DNA of 63,097 nucleotides, counting the filler, from Lenisia limosa (taxonomy: Eukaryota; Protista; Breviatea), in assembly GCA_001655205.1 (NCBI GenBank). It is 15 parts of 15 records of this genome, joined end to end, with 100 filler letters (N's around TTAATTAATTAA, not from the genome) between each part and the next. Parts side by side here need not be neighbours in the genome. Positions count along the whole stretch, not along the records: positions 42,469 to 55,069 come from LPNZ01008955.1; positions 55,170 to 56,266 come from LPNZ01006916.1; positions 56,367 to 57,925 come from LPNZ01008070.1; positions 58,026 to 60,468 come from LPNZ01007824.1; 11 more parts are not named here. One strand, given 5' to 3'. This document shows, piece after piece, positions 47,354 to 60,568 of this stretch. The notes under the pieces were generated by a model. The model saw only the letters and a program-made list of their open reading frames with translations, searched no databases and was not told the DNA's origin. The translations under genes and the position numbers were made by a program. The number at the start of each line of letters is the position of its first letter. Within the stretch, counting starts at the first letter, position 1.

Positions 47354-50300
47354 ATGAGCGCTCGAATGGCCTCCCCTCGCTTGTCAAGAACAAAACGAAC
47401 AGGTAACATCATTTCTTGTGCAATTTAATGAACACTTCCCTTACTTCCCTAGTTCCCTCCACGGATGAGTCAGTTATGAGACAGCGGCTTCTTTCCGCCC
47501 TGGACAAACTGAGAGCCCGTGAAACACAGAGTGTTGGTGATGGTAGCGATAAATTGCTGTTAAAATGTTGTGAAAGTATTTCCTTTTGATCAAACATATT
47601 ATTTTTAAACCATGGTTTTTTCTCATTTCCGCATATGACAGGTAGCCAGTAGCGAGCTTCAAGATATGCTGGAGGTTTTGAAGCCCAAGTCGCTACCGAT
47701 TTTCTTGGTGGGAATGAAATATTCTCAATTTCTTCCTATTTTATTTTTGGGATACCGGCATGACGAAGATGAGGTAGTTTATTATGTAGACAAGCTTAAT
47801 TGACACGGACTCAAAACAAAACGCGTATGCCCGTAAAGAGGCTTGTCGTTTATTGGCATGTGCAATAGAGTCCAATTCACAGAGCTGGTATGCTGAGTTG
47901 GAGATTGATGAGTGAGACTCTTCCCCAATTAACACTATAGCCTCCCCATGTTTCCCAGAATTGTGAATTACATCACTACTCGTGCAAAGGTTTGGGTGTT
48001 TTGAATTACTTCAACGAGTATATTACTTTGGAGAGGCAAGTAAAACTTAAAACATACGACATTTTTTGTTTGTTAAACATTTCTAATTCATGACCCCCAA
48101 GGATGTCGATAATGTTGTTCGTGTTGCTGCTGGTGAAGCCATTGCTGTAATGACCGCGTAGGATCTGGTCTTTGATTAAACCCTCCACAAGATGTGGGGG
48201 GATATCACAACAGTTTCTGACTATCGTTGAATATTTAAGCTCAGGAAAGTCTTTTGTAGTATTTCGAAGTGATACTAATACCTGTCTAGATTGATCATTT
48301 AGTGCTGTGTGCCCTCTCCTCGAAGTTAGTGACCACTCTTTGGGTGTATTTCTCAAGCCGATTCTGGGGGCCCTTTCAGAACAGGTTGGCTTTGATTTCT
48401 AAACGTGATGATATGATGAAACATTGACAGATCCAAGTACCCTTTTCAACGTTTTGTTCGCCTGCGTCTTTTTATTCTTTCAGAAAACAGAAGCTCAAAT
48501 TGGAGGAGCGATTTGCCTTGCCAAAGTTTTCCATTCTGCAACTGCTGATCATGTTGGTACAACAACCTGCATTTACTATATTTCATCAGAGAATATTATA
48601 TCTGATCATTTAGTTGATTGCAAATTTGCAGCGAATTGTGCCTCGTGTGGTTTGTTTGGTGTCCATTTTAAACACTCTCACCAATTGGAAAATCTCTTCT
48701 TGAAAGGGAATATGAAATGTATTTCTTTTGGTGCAGAGTGTTATTTTTCTCAATGACCACTTAGACAAAGCTCATTATCAACCCTTACAACAAGGCAAGG
48801 CATATTCTGTTGCTCTCCATTGCCAACATTGTGGAGGTGGGCAGATAACGCCCATTACTGAGACAATATATTCCTTTTGAGCTAATATTCTCTAATAAAT
48901 TCCATTTTTTTTTGTGAAATTGCGCGTTGTTTACCTCTTTAGGTGTGCATGACTGCCGTCATACCCTACATTCCCTCTATCATGGGGCCTCTTCTTGACG
49001 CGTTGGCCTCGAAAGACTGGCAAGTCAGAAAGGTGGGGATAACGGATCCGGCCTTGTCTTTTATCCTCGATGTATTGATAATGGGACGAATCTCAAATTA
49101 TGTCCCCCAGTCTGCTGCTGAGACAACCTCTGCGCTTGCATCTGCTCTCGGATCCGCAATGGAGGCNNNNNNNNNNNNNNNNNNNNNNNNNNNNNNNNNN
49201 NNNNNNNNNNNNNNNNNNNNNNNNNNNNNNNNNNNNNNNNNNNNNNNNNNNNNNNNNNNNNNNNNNNNNNNNNNNNNNNNNNNNNNNNNNNNNNNNNNNN
49301 NNNNNNNNNNNNGCTTGGTATTCTTGAGGATTGTCGTTTCGATAAAATGAAACCAGTGAGGGAGGCTATTTCCTCGGCAGTATTTGCGGTACAGAACTTA
49401 GGTCAAGGTAAGCCTGCGTTTTAATCTGCTATTAATTCACTTCTGTAGAAGAGCAGAAGAAAGAGAAATCTCTGAAGCAATCAACAGCAACGTAGGATGG
49501 TAGAGCATTGCACAATGGGGGGCANNNNNNNNNNNNNNNNNNNNNNNNNNNNNNNNNNNNNNNNNNNNNNNNNNNNNNNNNNNNNNNNNNNNNNNNNNNN
49601 NNNNNNNNNNNNNNNNNNNNNNNNNNNNNNNNNNNNNNNNNNNNNNNNNNNNNNNNNNNNNNNNNNNNNNNNNNNNNNNNNNNNNNNNNNNNNNNNNNNN
49701 NNNNNNNNNNNNNNNNNNNNNNNNNNNNAACGCCAACGTTTTTTTCTGATTATACTGAGTGTTTGTGACTGCTTCACAATTTAGTCAACCACCTGACCAC
49801 ACCCGCAAGTTCGCCACTCCTAAACAGGCGCTTCCCTTTGTATGCACCTTTTCTTTTGGTTCTTCCTCTTTTTAACTTTCCTCTTTTAGCACTTTTTCTT
49901 TTGGCCAGGGTGCTGGTTACTGTTTTCTCTTCTTATGACTGTAGGCTGCCAAACATAGACCCCCTCAGAGTGGCTTGTCCATGCAGGTAGGATGGTAAAA
50001 GTACTATGAAACCATTTCATTTTTTGCAGAGATTTGAATTTCCTTAATGTTTTAGATGGATGAGTTGGCTCTTGAGGACGACACCTACTATCAGCCCATT
50101 TCGCAGGTAGGCTGAAGATATAGCGCGGATATTGAAGGAGTATGTAGTACTGATTAATCAAGAATTGTACAGGGNNNNNNNNNNNNNNNNNNNNNNNNNN
50201 NNNNNNNNNATGTTTAGCCTTTCCACATGTCACAGCGACATCATTCACACAGCACCCACATTCAGCCCACTCAGCAAGTAGGTGGTGTTTTTTTTTGTTC

Positions 50301-53300
50301 TTGATCTGTCTTTTGTCGATCTATTAACACAAAAGTCCCGTCCTCAACAGTATGAGGAACCACACCGTGCCCCCCAATCCCAGGACTATCCTGTAGGTTT
50401 CTGACAAGAGTTACTTGTTTTTGTGGTCGAAGGGAAGCCGTTGTCCGACACATCTCATGGTTTTTCGAGTTTTCCTTTACGCTTACCCTACAGCAACCCC
50501 AGCAGTTCCCCAGTCAGAATCAAGAACCTAACACCCAGCCCTTCGATCATGAACATCAGTACCCTCACCCTGATATGCCACCCCCTCAGGTATTGCAAGA
50601 GATGACAGAGATTTCTTCCTCATTTCATATTTCGTCCTAAATTGTGCTCATCATATCATACTATGCATCGGGTAAGTGATTAGGGTATATATTTTCCAGA
50701 CCGTAGAAAAGTCCACCCACAGAGAAAAATTATGATGCAACAATCCACGAGCCATAATTTTGTTAACAATCCTGACTATTTTAGTCCCATCAACAACCCC
50801 ATAGTGTCAATCAACAACAAGCCAACTCACCGTTTGCTACCACCGCCGCTTTACCCTCCCCCCNNNNNNNNNNNNNNNNNNNNNNNNNNNNNNNNNNNNN
50901 NNNNNNNNNNNNNNNNNNNNNNNNNNNNNNNNNNNNNNNNNNNNNNNNNNNNAGCAGTGAACCGCAACTCTCAAACCAGCCATCCGTCGCGTCTCTTCCC
51001 CTCAACAACACCACTCCAAGCCTCCAGCCCCAAATGCAAGCTACACAGTCCCAACAGCTTCCTCAGCAGCAAAACGACCCTGTCCACGTCCCTCAGTATC
51101 ACTCACTCCAACCCCAGGCCTTCACATCCGTGCAACCCCCTCTCACAGACCCCACGGTCAACACGCGTCTCAACGACTTGGCATCGAAAGTGTCGTCTCT
51201 GGAGGCGTCAGCAGCGTCATTGCATGTCCTCCCCTCCCGCGTCGACGATTTGGCTTCCAGAACAACTGCTGCCGAAACTGCGGCTCATGCACCTACCCCC
51301 GCTACCAAGGCCCGAATTGATGATATCGCGTCTAAAATGGCTCTCCTCCAGGTCAGTTTTAGCAAAATTTGGGTAATTCTTTGAGTCTATGTTTTGCATT
51401 TTCGCCGTCTATCGCTTTTGGAGTGATTTTGTTAATATACTGTAACTGCTTTGTTTCTTTAAAAACTTGTTTTTGATCTTTTGCATTCTTTTTTTTTTTT
51501 CACTTCACCAGGGCGAGTCGCAGCGACTTCAGAACGCACAACAAGCGGCAGGAGTGCGGATGGAGGCGTTGGAGGCTGGGATCAGGGATTGCCGCACAGC
51601 AGGCGAAGCAGCTATGACAGAGTCACGGGCAGCCACACACACGGCGCAGAAGGCTCTGACTGAAGCGGCACAGGTTTGTGGTCGTTTCTGGCGATATGTT
51701 TATGATTTTCTATGATACAACACCTATCATATGTACTACACTCATTTCGAACAATCAAGCTTTTCATCGGGGGTTATCCAATTGTTTAAAATGGTCAAAA
51801 CTAGATGTCCTGGAAAAGAAGATAAAGACTTTGTCTTCATGTACATATATATCATAAAATAGTCGATATTATGTACATACTATAATTCATAAAGACAAGT
51901 ATGATATAGACACAACCTTCATTGCCCCATTAGGCAAGAATCAGTAGTAACAACGCCCTCAACGATGTGAGAGGTGCCAACGCCATAGCTTCGCGTGCCG
52001 AGGCGGAGTCGACATCAGCGCGACAGCTGGCTGATTCGGCCATATCAGAGGCGAAGGCGGCTCGGTCGGCAACGGCACAGGCGCTTCAGGATGCATCAAC
52101 TGCAATGTGGGGCTCTAAATGGGATGGATCTAATTATTTTTCAATTTGCTCTTCGTGTTCCTTTTGGTGGCTTGGTACGTATTTCCATTAGCCTTCATCA
52201 TCGCTTCTCACACCCCTAGCGCCAGTGGTAACCTCGGGCAACAAGAGGCAGCTGTGGCAAGAGCGGCGGCGGAAGCGGCTATGGATGAGGCACGCGCTGC
52301 CCAATTAGGCGTGGATCGTGGCGTTGCCAGTCATGCTGCTTTGGATGTGAGACTCTCTTGTTCTGAAGCAAAGTAGGGGAGTATTCTGAATTTCGCTACT
52401 CTGCAAGATATCGTGTTCGTTTTTGCTTCATAACCAGATTGAAACTGCTGAATGAGACATTAACTCCCTCCCCCTAGACATCCAGCAACAGAAGCCGCGA
52501 TTAACACGCTGAAGTCGGAGTCAAGTAGCAACCACAGTAAAATCGCAAACCTCGAGGCCGGACTTCAACGTTGTGAAGCTGACTTGAGGTGCCATGAGGA
52601 GGAAATCGAGAGCGTGAGAGAGGGGGGGGGGGTGAGCNNNNNNNNNNNNNNNNNNNNNNNNNNNNNNNNNNNNNNNNNNNNNNNNNNNNNNNNNNNNNNN
52701 NNNNNNNNNNNNNNNNNNNNNACCTTGTTTTGACCATAGTAGCTGCGGACTCGCTGCATGGCGATTGAGGCAGAGTCCCAGGGTATGGCTACGAGAATTG
52801 GCGATGTTGAAGTGTCCGCTGAGAAGAGCCAGAGGAACATCGCCTCTCTTCAGCTTGATGTGCAGGATTTACAGGTGAGTCTACCATCAACTTTTTTTTT
52901 TGTTCGGTAAAAGTGTATCGAAGTTGCGAATTTTCAATGACCAATGTTCTTGAAATAACCATCTTTCCATTCCAGGTACAGACGCGAAGCCAAGCGTCGG
53001 TAATAGGCCAGCTTCAGGCCGCGGGGGAGGGCCGAAACGACCAGTTGGCTGCTCATGAGGCCGTTCACTCCGCAATCAGAGCGGAAATCGAGGTATGCAT
53101 AACATATCATATCATCTATCATCTATGAATAGAAAAGCACAGGCGTTACCCAATGACATTTGCAAGCCTGTGACTCTATTATTGACTCATGAAGAACATT
53201 GACTATTCTTTTCTTTAATAGCTCATCATGATAGGGAGTTAGGCAGCTTCAATCTGAAGGATCCAACCTTCAGTCTGACCATAACAGTCAGATCTCTCAA

Positions 53301-55069
53301 GATGTGGGGGAGGGGGATTGATATGATTGTCCCTTGTAGATATCAAGGATTTGCCTCTAAGCCCTCTCATTTCCGCAGATATCGAGTATTTTAGCTGAGA
53401 TTGATGGGGGTAAAGAAGTCTCTGAAGCCAAGCATCTTGACATTATTGACTGTAAGCGGCTTCTTTTAAAATTTACTTGTTTGGATTGGACATTTATTAA
53501 AGTGGGATGTGAACATTTTGTTATCGTGGTACGTGATAGTCACTTTGTCTCCTACTCCATGCTCCATNNNNNNNNNNNNNNNNNNNNNNNNNNNNNNNNN
53601 NNNNNNNNNNNNNNNNNNNNNNNNNNNNNNNNNNNNNNNNNNNNNNNNNNNNNNNNNNNNNNNNNNNNNNNNNNNNNAGGAGCTCTACAGGTGGCGCCAA
53701 CGGGACGCAAGAAACGTGAGTAAGTGTTCATTGTCCTCTAAACCTTGCCTCACTATACATTCTGTTCTTAGTAGAAGCGACCTGATCCTTGTGACACTAA
53801 TAACGCAGCCTGCCACAACACTCCCCCCTCCGACGGCGTCCATGGCCAACACAATGACCCAGTCTCAGGTGGACGGGCTAGGTTCTTCTTTCGCTTCCTA
53901 CCATATGCATGATCTATTACAACAAAAGGAACTATCAGTAAACCCTGTGTTGCCAAGAGTCATACTGCCCCTTTATCGTTATCCTTTTTCTCTTACCCCC
54001 TCCCACCCTAGCTCGGATCATCTACACAGCCAAGCAACACTCTCACGCAGTCACAGCTGGGGCCTAGTAAGGGGGGAGGGGATGCTTTTTGAAAATACTC
54101 AGTCCCCCCCCCTCGGGATGTGATGCTGCAAAATAGTGCGTGTGTGTTTTTTGTCAAACCCGCGTTTGTGACATGAGCGTTTAGTAAATAGAGCTTTTCT
54201 TTTCTTTTCCTTTATACTTAGTATAATATATAATTAGATATAATATAATATATTATGTATAATAATATATGATATGAAATATAAACTACATTTCATATAT
54301 ATATATTTTCTTTTGGGATCAGTGGCCATTTACACCCTCCCGCAGGTACTTCATCACCGCGACGAGCAGATGCAGGAACCTGGGCCGTTTGCACCAACCA
54401 TCTTGCTATGGTGCGTCCTTGGAACAGAAATGAGGCTTCTGATTGGTGTTATTAATTTCACACCTACTCTGTTTTGAATACGTTGTCAATTTGTTGACAT
54501 GTTATCGTGCCCCCCCCCCCCNNNNNNNNNNNNNNNNNNNNNNNNNNNNNNNNNNNNNNNNNNNNNNNNNNNNNNNNNNNNNNNNNNNNNNNNNNNNNNN
54601 NNNNNNNNNNNNNNNNNNNNATGAGACATAAATGAAATTGGACTCTTTTTTTTGTTGTTGTTGTTTTTTAGCCTTTAGGGTCGATATGACGAAGCGTACA
54701 GCGTGGTTCTTGCCAATGGAGACGAGCTGCAACTTGTGCGTCTCATGGGAAGGACGGGTGGGATGGGGGTAGCCTCACGGCAAAAGAGACGGGCATGATA
54801 GTAGATATGTCTGGGTCTGTTGGTTATTTCAGTCTTGAGGACCGAATTTAACCTAACAACAAAACTTGGATTCTGCTAGATGATATTGTTATTGTGTAGG
54901 GCCCATTTTGGATAAACTGTCGGCTGAAACGGTGTCATCACTATTCTCCACTATTATTCAGTTCGTTCAAGGCAACAAAGTGGGTGCAGTTTTGTTTTAT
55001 GTGAAATAAACTTGTTTTTAACTCTTCAGTTTTTGGATCAATCATTTCGATGGATTCGCGCCTCCATCG
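47354..55069 (+). CDS. TORTIFOLIA1/SPIRAL2-like microtubule-associated protein: N-terminal HEAT domain, long coiled-coil, C-terminal TOR1-like domain (3' truncated)
   Basis: MSARMASP..; RQRLLSALDKLRARETQSVASSEL; ARKEACRLL; AKDVDNVVRVAAGEAI; FLKPILGALSEQKTEAQIGGAICLAK; LASKDWQVRKSAAET; LEDCRFDKMKPVRE (49313-49407); Ala-rich coiled-coil exons 50955-53450; GRYDEAYSVVLANGDELQLVRLMGRTG|PILDKLS..|FLDQSFRWI (54679-55069). Start ATG is tentative. Confidence 0.85.
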
Positions 55070-55229
55070 NNNNNNNNNNNNNNNNNNNNNNNNNNNNNNN
55101 NNNNNNNNNNNNNTTAATTAATTAANNNNNNNNNNNNNNNNNNNNNNNNNNNNNNNNNNNNNNNNNNNNGGGGTAGAACACTAGCAAAACTATTTTATTC
55201 AAGAACAAGAGATCGTATGATATATTTAC

Positions 55230-55673
55230 AATCTATCCCTTGAAACGAAACGGTTTTACTGATTTAGGCATGGTGGACCTGAAAGGAGTTGGTGAGATTG
55301 AAGCGTTTTGGCTTAACCCCAACCTTCTCGATAACTCCCCGTCAAGCCATTCGAAATACCTGGTTTCGTCCTACTCAGACCTTGCACAGGTCTGTTCTGT
55401 CTTCTTGTCTTCTTTTCATAAATTTTCCACTTTTTATCAACCCTTGTGTGTTGTCAGCCAATTTTTTTTTGTTTGTTTGGGGTTTCAGATTATTCTATTT
55501 GTGATTAGTACCTTTACGCCAATAATCTTCATCGAAATTTCCTTCATTTACCCCACCCGCCCCCGCAGGTATCGGAGAATGTTGAAGTCCAAGCCAGCAA
55601 CAAAGTCGGCAACAGAGAACGCACTCTCAGTATCCTCAGTTTCTCTTCTGGCAACACTGCTCGTACTGTCAAG
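55230..55673 (+). CDS. C-terminal end of a second class III nucleotidyl cyclase domain (partial)
   Basis: GFTDLGMVDLKGVGEIEAFWL resembles the cyclase-terminal G.V.LKG.G...Y/WL motif; next exon 55569-55673 is open. Confidence 0.6.
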
Positions 55674-55843
55674 TGAGCTTTGCTTCTATATTTTTTTATT
55701 TTGAACAAGAGAAATAATATTCATCAGAAATCTTGGGAAACAAATAAATACATAGGGATACCATAAACAAATTACCCCATGTCCACAAGATATTGGAATG
55801 AAATTGTCATTTTGAACTTGTCTGGATGCTGAAGGGGTGGCTC

Positions 55844-55934
55844 CAGGGCTTCACTTCGGTTCAAAAAAGACTGGTAAAATATTGATAGTTTTCGACGATT
55901 TATCGATAAATTCCGCCTTTTAAGTGAAGCTCTG
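55844..55934. mobile_element. Family A MITE
   Basis: CAGGGCTTCACTTCGGTTCAAAAAAGAC...AAGTGAAGCTCTG. Confidence 0.78.
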
Positions 55935-56676
55935 ATGGCTCGCTTCTTGTTCCCATGATTCACACCGTATCAGCTTTTCTCATGTGCTACTTTTTGGCAT
56001 TCAAATCTTTATTGAACCTAGGATCTCTATAACCGGTAACTGTCATTATATCGATTCACTTTTTGTAATGAATTTTACAGTTGCCAAATAATGCATTATA
56101 TTCTAGAATTATATCACCGTATATTGTAACGGGGTGTTCCTAATTTTGTAGTCTTCAAGAGCGATTCCTGAACACCAAGGAGGAAAGCGTAAGGTCTTGA
56201 AATATTGGCTTTTCTTCATGGGGGACTGACCATTCCTGCACCACTCGTATTTTTAAGTATCATATGNNNNNNNNNNNNNNNNNNNNNNNNNNNNNNNNNN
56301 NNNNNNNNNNTTAATTAATTAANNNNNNNNNNNNNNNNNNNNNNNNNNNNNNNNNNNNNNNNNNNNACAAAACAAACAAAGCCCAGGAGGTTAAATTTGG
56401 AAAATTTATGGGGTATGGGGGAAAGCTCAAATCAACTCTGTAAATTAGTATGGAATATTTGTGAAAAAAATGCAGCAAATCCCCAATAATAAAATAAACA
56501 TGAAATGAATATACACTATTGTCTGTTCCAATTACATTGCTTGGTTTGCGTTCTTGCTTACTGACCTGACATCCCCTCAGGCAGCATCAAATCCCCAATA
56601 CACCCCTCCCCCCACTCAATGGCTCAACTATTTGACATCATTTCAAGGTGTTTTCTCTCAATTTTATAAAAGCATA

Positions 56677-56776
56677 CTAGAGTTTCTCTTCGGTTCGAAA
56701 AAAAGACTGAATTTCTCGATAAATCCTCGAAAACTACCGATATTTAAAGGTCTTTTTCGAACCGAAGTGATGCGTA
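56677..56776. mobile_element. Family A MITE
   Basis: TAGAGTTTCTCTTCGGTTCGAAAAAAAGAC...GTCTTTTTCGAACCGAAGTGATGCGTA. Confidence 0.8.
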
Positions 56777-57705
56777 GGTATTACCCCCCCACACAATACC
56801 ACCACTATACACCCGGGTTCTCCAATACCCCCCCCCCNNNNNNNNNNNNNNNNNNNNNNNNNNNNNNNNNNNNNNNNNNNNNNNNNNNNNNNNNNNNNNN
56901 NNNNNNNNNNNNNNNNNNNNNNNNNNNNNNNNNNNNNNNNNNNNNNNNNNNNNNNNNNNNNNNNNNNNNNNNNNNNNNNNNNNNGTGATAAATATGGAAT
57001 TGTGTGTATGGGGGGAGGGGGAGTAAAGTGAGATGTATGCCCAGAAAAGGGCTTAAATAAGTTTTATCCCTGACTTGGGGAAGAATGGAAAGAGAGGTAA
57101 AGAAGGAGCTGAGCGGAATGGAAGACAAAATGACCAGAGAAGGTAAAGGCTGGAATATAGAAAGATAAGACAAGTCGAGGGGGATAAAATTGGAACAATT
57201 AAAAAAAGGTAACATGGAATTGTGTGATTGTGCGGGNNNNNNNNNNNNNNNNNNNNNNNNNNNNNNNNNNNNNNNNNNNNNNNNNNNNNNNNNNNNNNNN
57301 NNNNNNNNNNNNNNTTGGAATATAGTAAAATAAATGCGAACCTGGGGTATAATGATGGCAAATGGCGGGTCTTTGGAGTCATTGTCAGGTCCTAAGGTAG
57401 CCTGGGGTGTTAATACAGGAGAGCTTCATTTTCATTTTAAAAAAAGTGGCAAAACTAGCAATCCGTGAAATTAATTGAAAACTACATTTCTAAATTTGAA
57501 GTGTGGCATATTGTAGGAGGAAATCTATTTCAGACACTTTAATTTCGACATCTTTCGAAGGATTATCCAGAAATGTAATCTTTTTGTAACAGAAGGATAG
57601 CCGATCATATATCTTGTATCCGCTCGTCTAAACAACATAAAATTATTGGGGGAAGTAATACGGTACTATTTTTTTTTGTATATTGTATCATATGAATGTC
57701 ATATA

Positions 57706-57805
57706 TTGGGCTTTCCTACAGTCCGAAAAAGACCGTCTAAATATCGATATTTATCGAGGATTTATCCAGAGATTTGGTCTTTTTTGGGATCATAGGGAAG
57801 CCCTT
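57706..57805. mobile_element. Family A MITE, followed by a right half-copy at ~57818-57877
   Basis: TTGGGCTTTCCTACAGTCCG...GGGATCATAGGGAAGCCCTT; flanks gtcatata / aacatata (6/8). Confidence 0.8.
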
Positions 57806-58040
57806 AACATATAGTTTGGGCCACTTCGGAAAAATTATCGATATTTTACAGTATTTTCGAACCGAAGTGACGCCCTTGACACAACGCCTCAATTTGGGAA
57901 ATTATTGATAGTCCCCCCCCCCCCCNNNNNNNNNNNNNNNNNNNNNNNNNNNNNNNNNNNNNNNNNNNNTTAATTAATTAANNNNNNNNNNNNNNNNNNN
58001 NNNNNNNNNNNNNNNNNNNNNNNNNCCCCCCCCCCCCCAG

Positions 58041-58110
58041 GCTTGATAATGCGCTGACTTCAGCAAGCGGTTTATTGGACCGTTTCTCTCATGACACTCA
58101 AAAACGGTTC
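58041..58110 (+). CDS. Probable terminal exon of an unidentified gene
   Basis: (C)n-AG acceptor, then LDNALTSASGLLDRFSHDTQKRFL-TGA. Confidence 0.4.
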
Positions 58111-59565
58111 CTCTGACACACTAATGATATGATGGTGGTATGATGGGTTCATGGTATGAAGGGGTTATATTATATGATGGAATTTAGATATTATATGATG
58201 GAATTATAGTAGTTTCCTGTGTATCTATTCCAAATCCTCGCCCCACACACACACACATTTGTTCATTCACAACACGGTTTTCAGTTCCTTTATGTTTTAG
58301 GCTTTTAAGTTTCAGAGCGCTGTTCAAACTCCCACGACCCTAGAGTTTTGTTTGAAATGTATTTGCTGTTATTAAGTGGATTATGCAAAAAGAACATTGT
58401 TTTTACTTGGTGTCACATTTTTTGCTCGTCTCCGCCTATTCTCTTATTCTCATCTGATNNNNNNNNNNNNNNNNNNNNNNNNNNNNNNNNNNNNNNNNNN
58501 NNNNNNNNNNNNNNNNNNNNNNNNNNNNNNNNNNNNNNNNNNNNNNNNNNNNNNNNNNNNNNNNNNNNNNNNNNNNNNNNNNNNNNNNNNNNNNNNNNNN
58601 NNNNNNNNNNNNNNNNNNNNNNNNNNNNNNNNNNNNNNNNNNNNNNNNNNNNNNNNNNNNNNNNNNNNNNNNNNNNNNNNNNNNNNNNNNNNNNNNNNNN
58701 NNNNNNNNNNNNNNNNNNNNNNNNNNNNNNNNNNNNNGCTCCTCGGCCTGTCTTTTTTTCTGTTTTTTTTTTGTCATTAAGTTACAAACAATAATTTATT
58801 TAAGTTGACCTTTTTGATTGTGCGTTTTCATCACTGTTTAAAAGGCAGCATATATCCCCTAAGTGCACAACATGCCCTTTGGACAAATTGTGAGTGGGGT
58901 CAAGATGAAAGCCGACCTCTTTTCTTGTACATTGTGTCGTGAAACTCTTTTAACCCTCATCCCAAACCACCCCTTTTTGTCTCTAATTAGATACAATATT
59001 GTGTCTGCCCCCCCCCCCNNNNNNNNNNNNNNNNNNNNNNNNNNNNNNNNNNNNNNNNNNNNNNNNNNNNNNNNNNNNNNNNNNNNNNNNNNNNNNNNNN
59101 NNNNNNNNNNNNNNNNNNNNNNNNNNNNNNNNNNNNNNNNNNNNNNNNNNNNNNNNNNNNNNNNNNNNNNNNNNNNNNNNNNNNNNNNNNNNNNNNNNNN
59201 NNNNNNNNNNNNNNNNNNNNNNNNNNNNNNNNNNNNNNNNNNNNNNNNNNNNNTTTCATAATCCATATTGAAATATTGAATGTAACTGTCGCCATGCACC
59301 ACCTTCATCTTTTCCCTTTCCTTATCACAACTCTTCTGCTGTGCTTAATACGGCTTTTATTCACTCTTCCTCTCATTTTATTTCTCATATATATACATAA
59401 AGGCAATTTTTGTTCTGCTTGTTCCAACTCTCGTGTTTACCAATATCATTGACCTCTCTCCTCTTTGAGTCATTGTTTAAACTTCTATTTCTGCATTAAT
59501 ACTCACCCATTACCCCTCTCCTTTAGGTTATTATTTCACCCTTATTTCTCATTCTTCCCCTTTAG

Positions 59566-60082
59566 GTTATTGGGCCACCCGGCACTGGAAAGACAACATA
59601 CTGTTTTGCAATGCAGCAGTTTATGGAACAGCTCAAAAGGTAATTCTGCAGGGTGGTTAGTTCAAAAACCATAGCTGGTCCAATCATATAGTATTAGCAA
59701 ACCATGTCTGATGAATTTGCTTTTATTATCTTGCTTTTATTAGCAAACCATATCTGACTTTCATCTTACTATCAAAATTAAACCAAATCTGAACACTATT
59801 GCATCTCAAGAAGACCACTGATAGGACAATCCCCTTGGGGTTTATCCGTTTACACCGTATTTATCAAGAAATCGATTTCAATGTTTAGCCAACAGAGTTG
59901 AGAATGTGTATTTTTGTTTCATGACTATTTCCATTTTTACTCCCCCCTCCCCCCCAGAAAAACCATAATTGTGAACCTTGACCCTGCCAACGATGTACTA
60001 CCCTATGAATGTGCAATTGACCTGAAGTCCCTGATTACTTTGGATGACGTCATGAGCGTCCACAACCTGGGCCCTAACGGAG
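59566..60082 (+). CDS. GPN2: GPN-loop GTPase 2 (partial, two exons)
   Basis: 59566-59639 [13 protein letters not shown]; 59958-60082 [34 protein letters not shown] and DPAN variants favour GPN2 over GPN3. Confidence 0.9.
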
Positions 60083-60104
60083 GTAAGGAGGAAAATACCT
60101 ACTA

Positions 60105-60240
60105 GTATGCTGGGGAGGCACGCAGAAAGCTGTGCACAGAGTTGGGTGAATTAATTATACTATAATCCAATATCTCTTATAAGCGTGATAGTATCGACGG
60201 CTTCGGTCAGATACAACCTTATTTTTTATTTCTAATTGCA
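60105..60240 (+). repeat. Family B repeat, near full length
   Basis: Starts GTATGCTGGGGAGGCACGCAGAAAGCTGTG, 24 nt after the GPN2 donor. Confidence 0.85.
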
Positions 60241-60568
60241 TTGCTGCAATCTTGGGCTTGTCTAAAAATGGGGTGGCTCATTCATAAAATCCACTTTTGT
60301 CCCTTTTATGTTTTAACCACACACCCTTATTAGATGAGCTCAATCTTGGGATACAAAGATTGTAGATAAGGAAAGTATAAAACAAAAATACACCGTACAC
60401 TTGTGTCACCATGCTTCAGTTACACTCCCTCCCTCAACACATGGGGCCATGCTTCAGTTACACTCCCTNNNNNNNNNNNNNNNNNNNNNNNNNNNNNNNN
60501 NNNNNNNNNNNNTTAATTAATTAANNNNNNNNNNNNNNNNNNNNNNNNNNNNNNNNNNNNNNNNNNNN

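Noticed and set aside
47409-48356. Minus-strand ORFs of 62-116 aa
   Set aside because: Antisense shadows of the plus-strand TOR1/SPR2-like exons.
56367-57925. Coding potential in scaffold 12
   Set aside because: Only short possible exons (~57350-57400, minus strand) among MITEs and low-complexity purine tracts; no product can be supported.
10323-59308. Many ORFs containing runs of X
   Set aside because: Artefacts of translating through N gaps.
60105-60240. Family B as a tRNA-derived SINE
   Set aside because: No recognisable A/B boxes, poly(A) tail or variable-length TSD.
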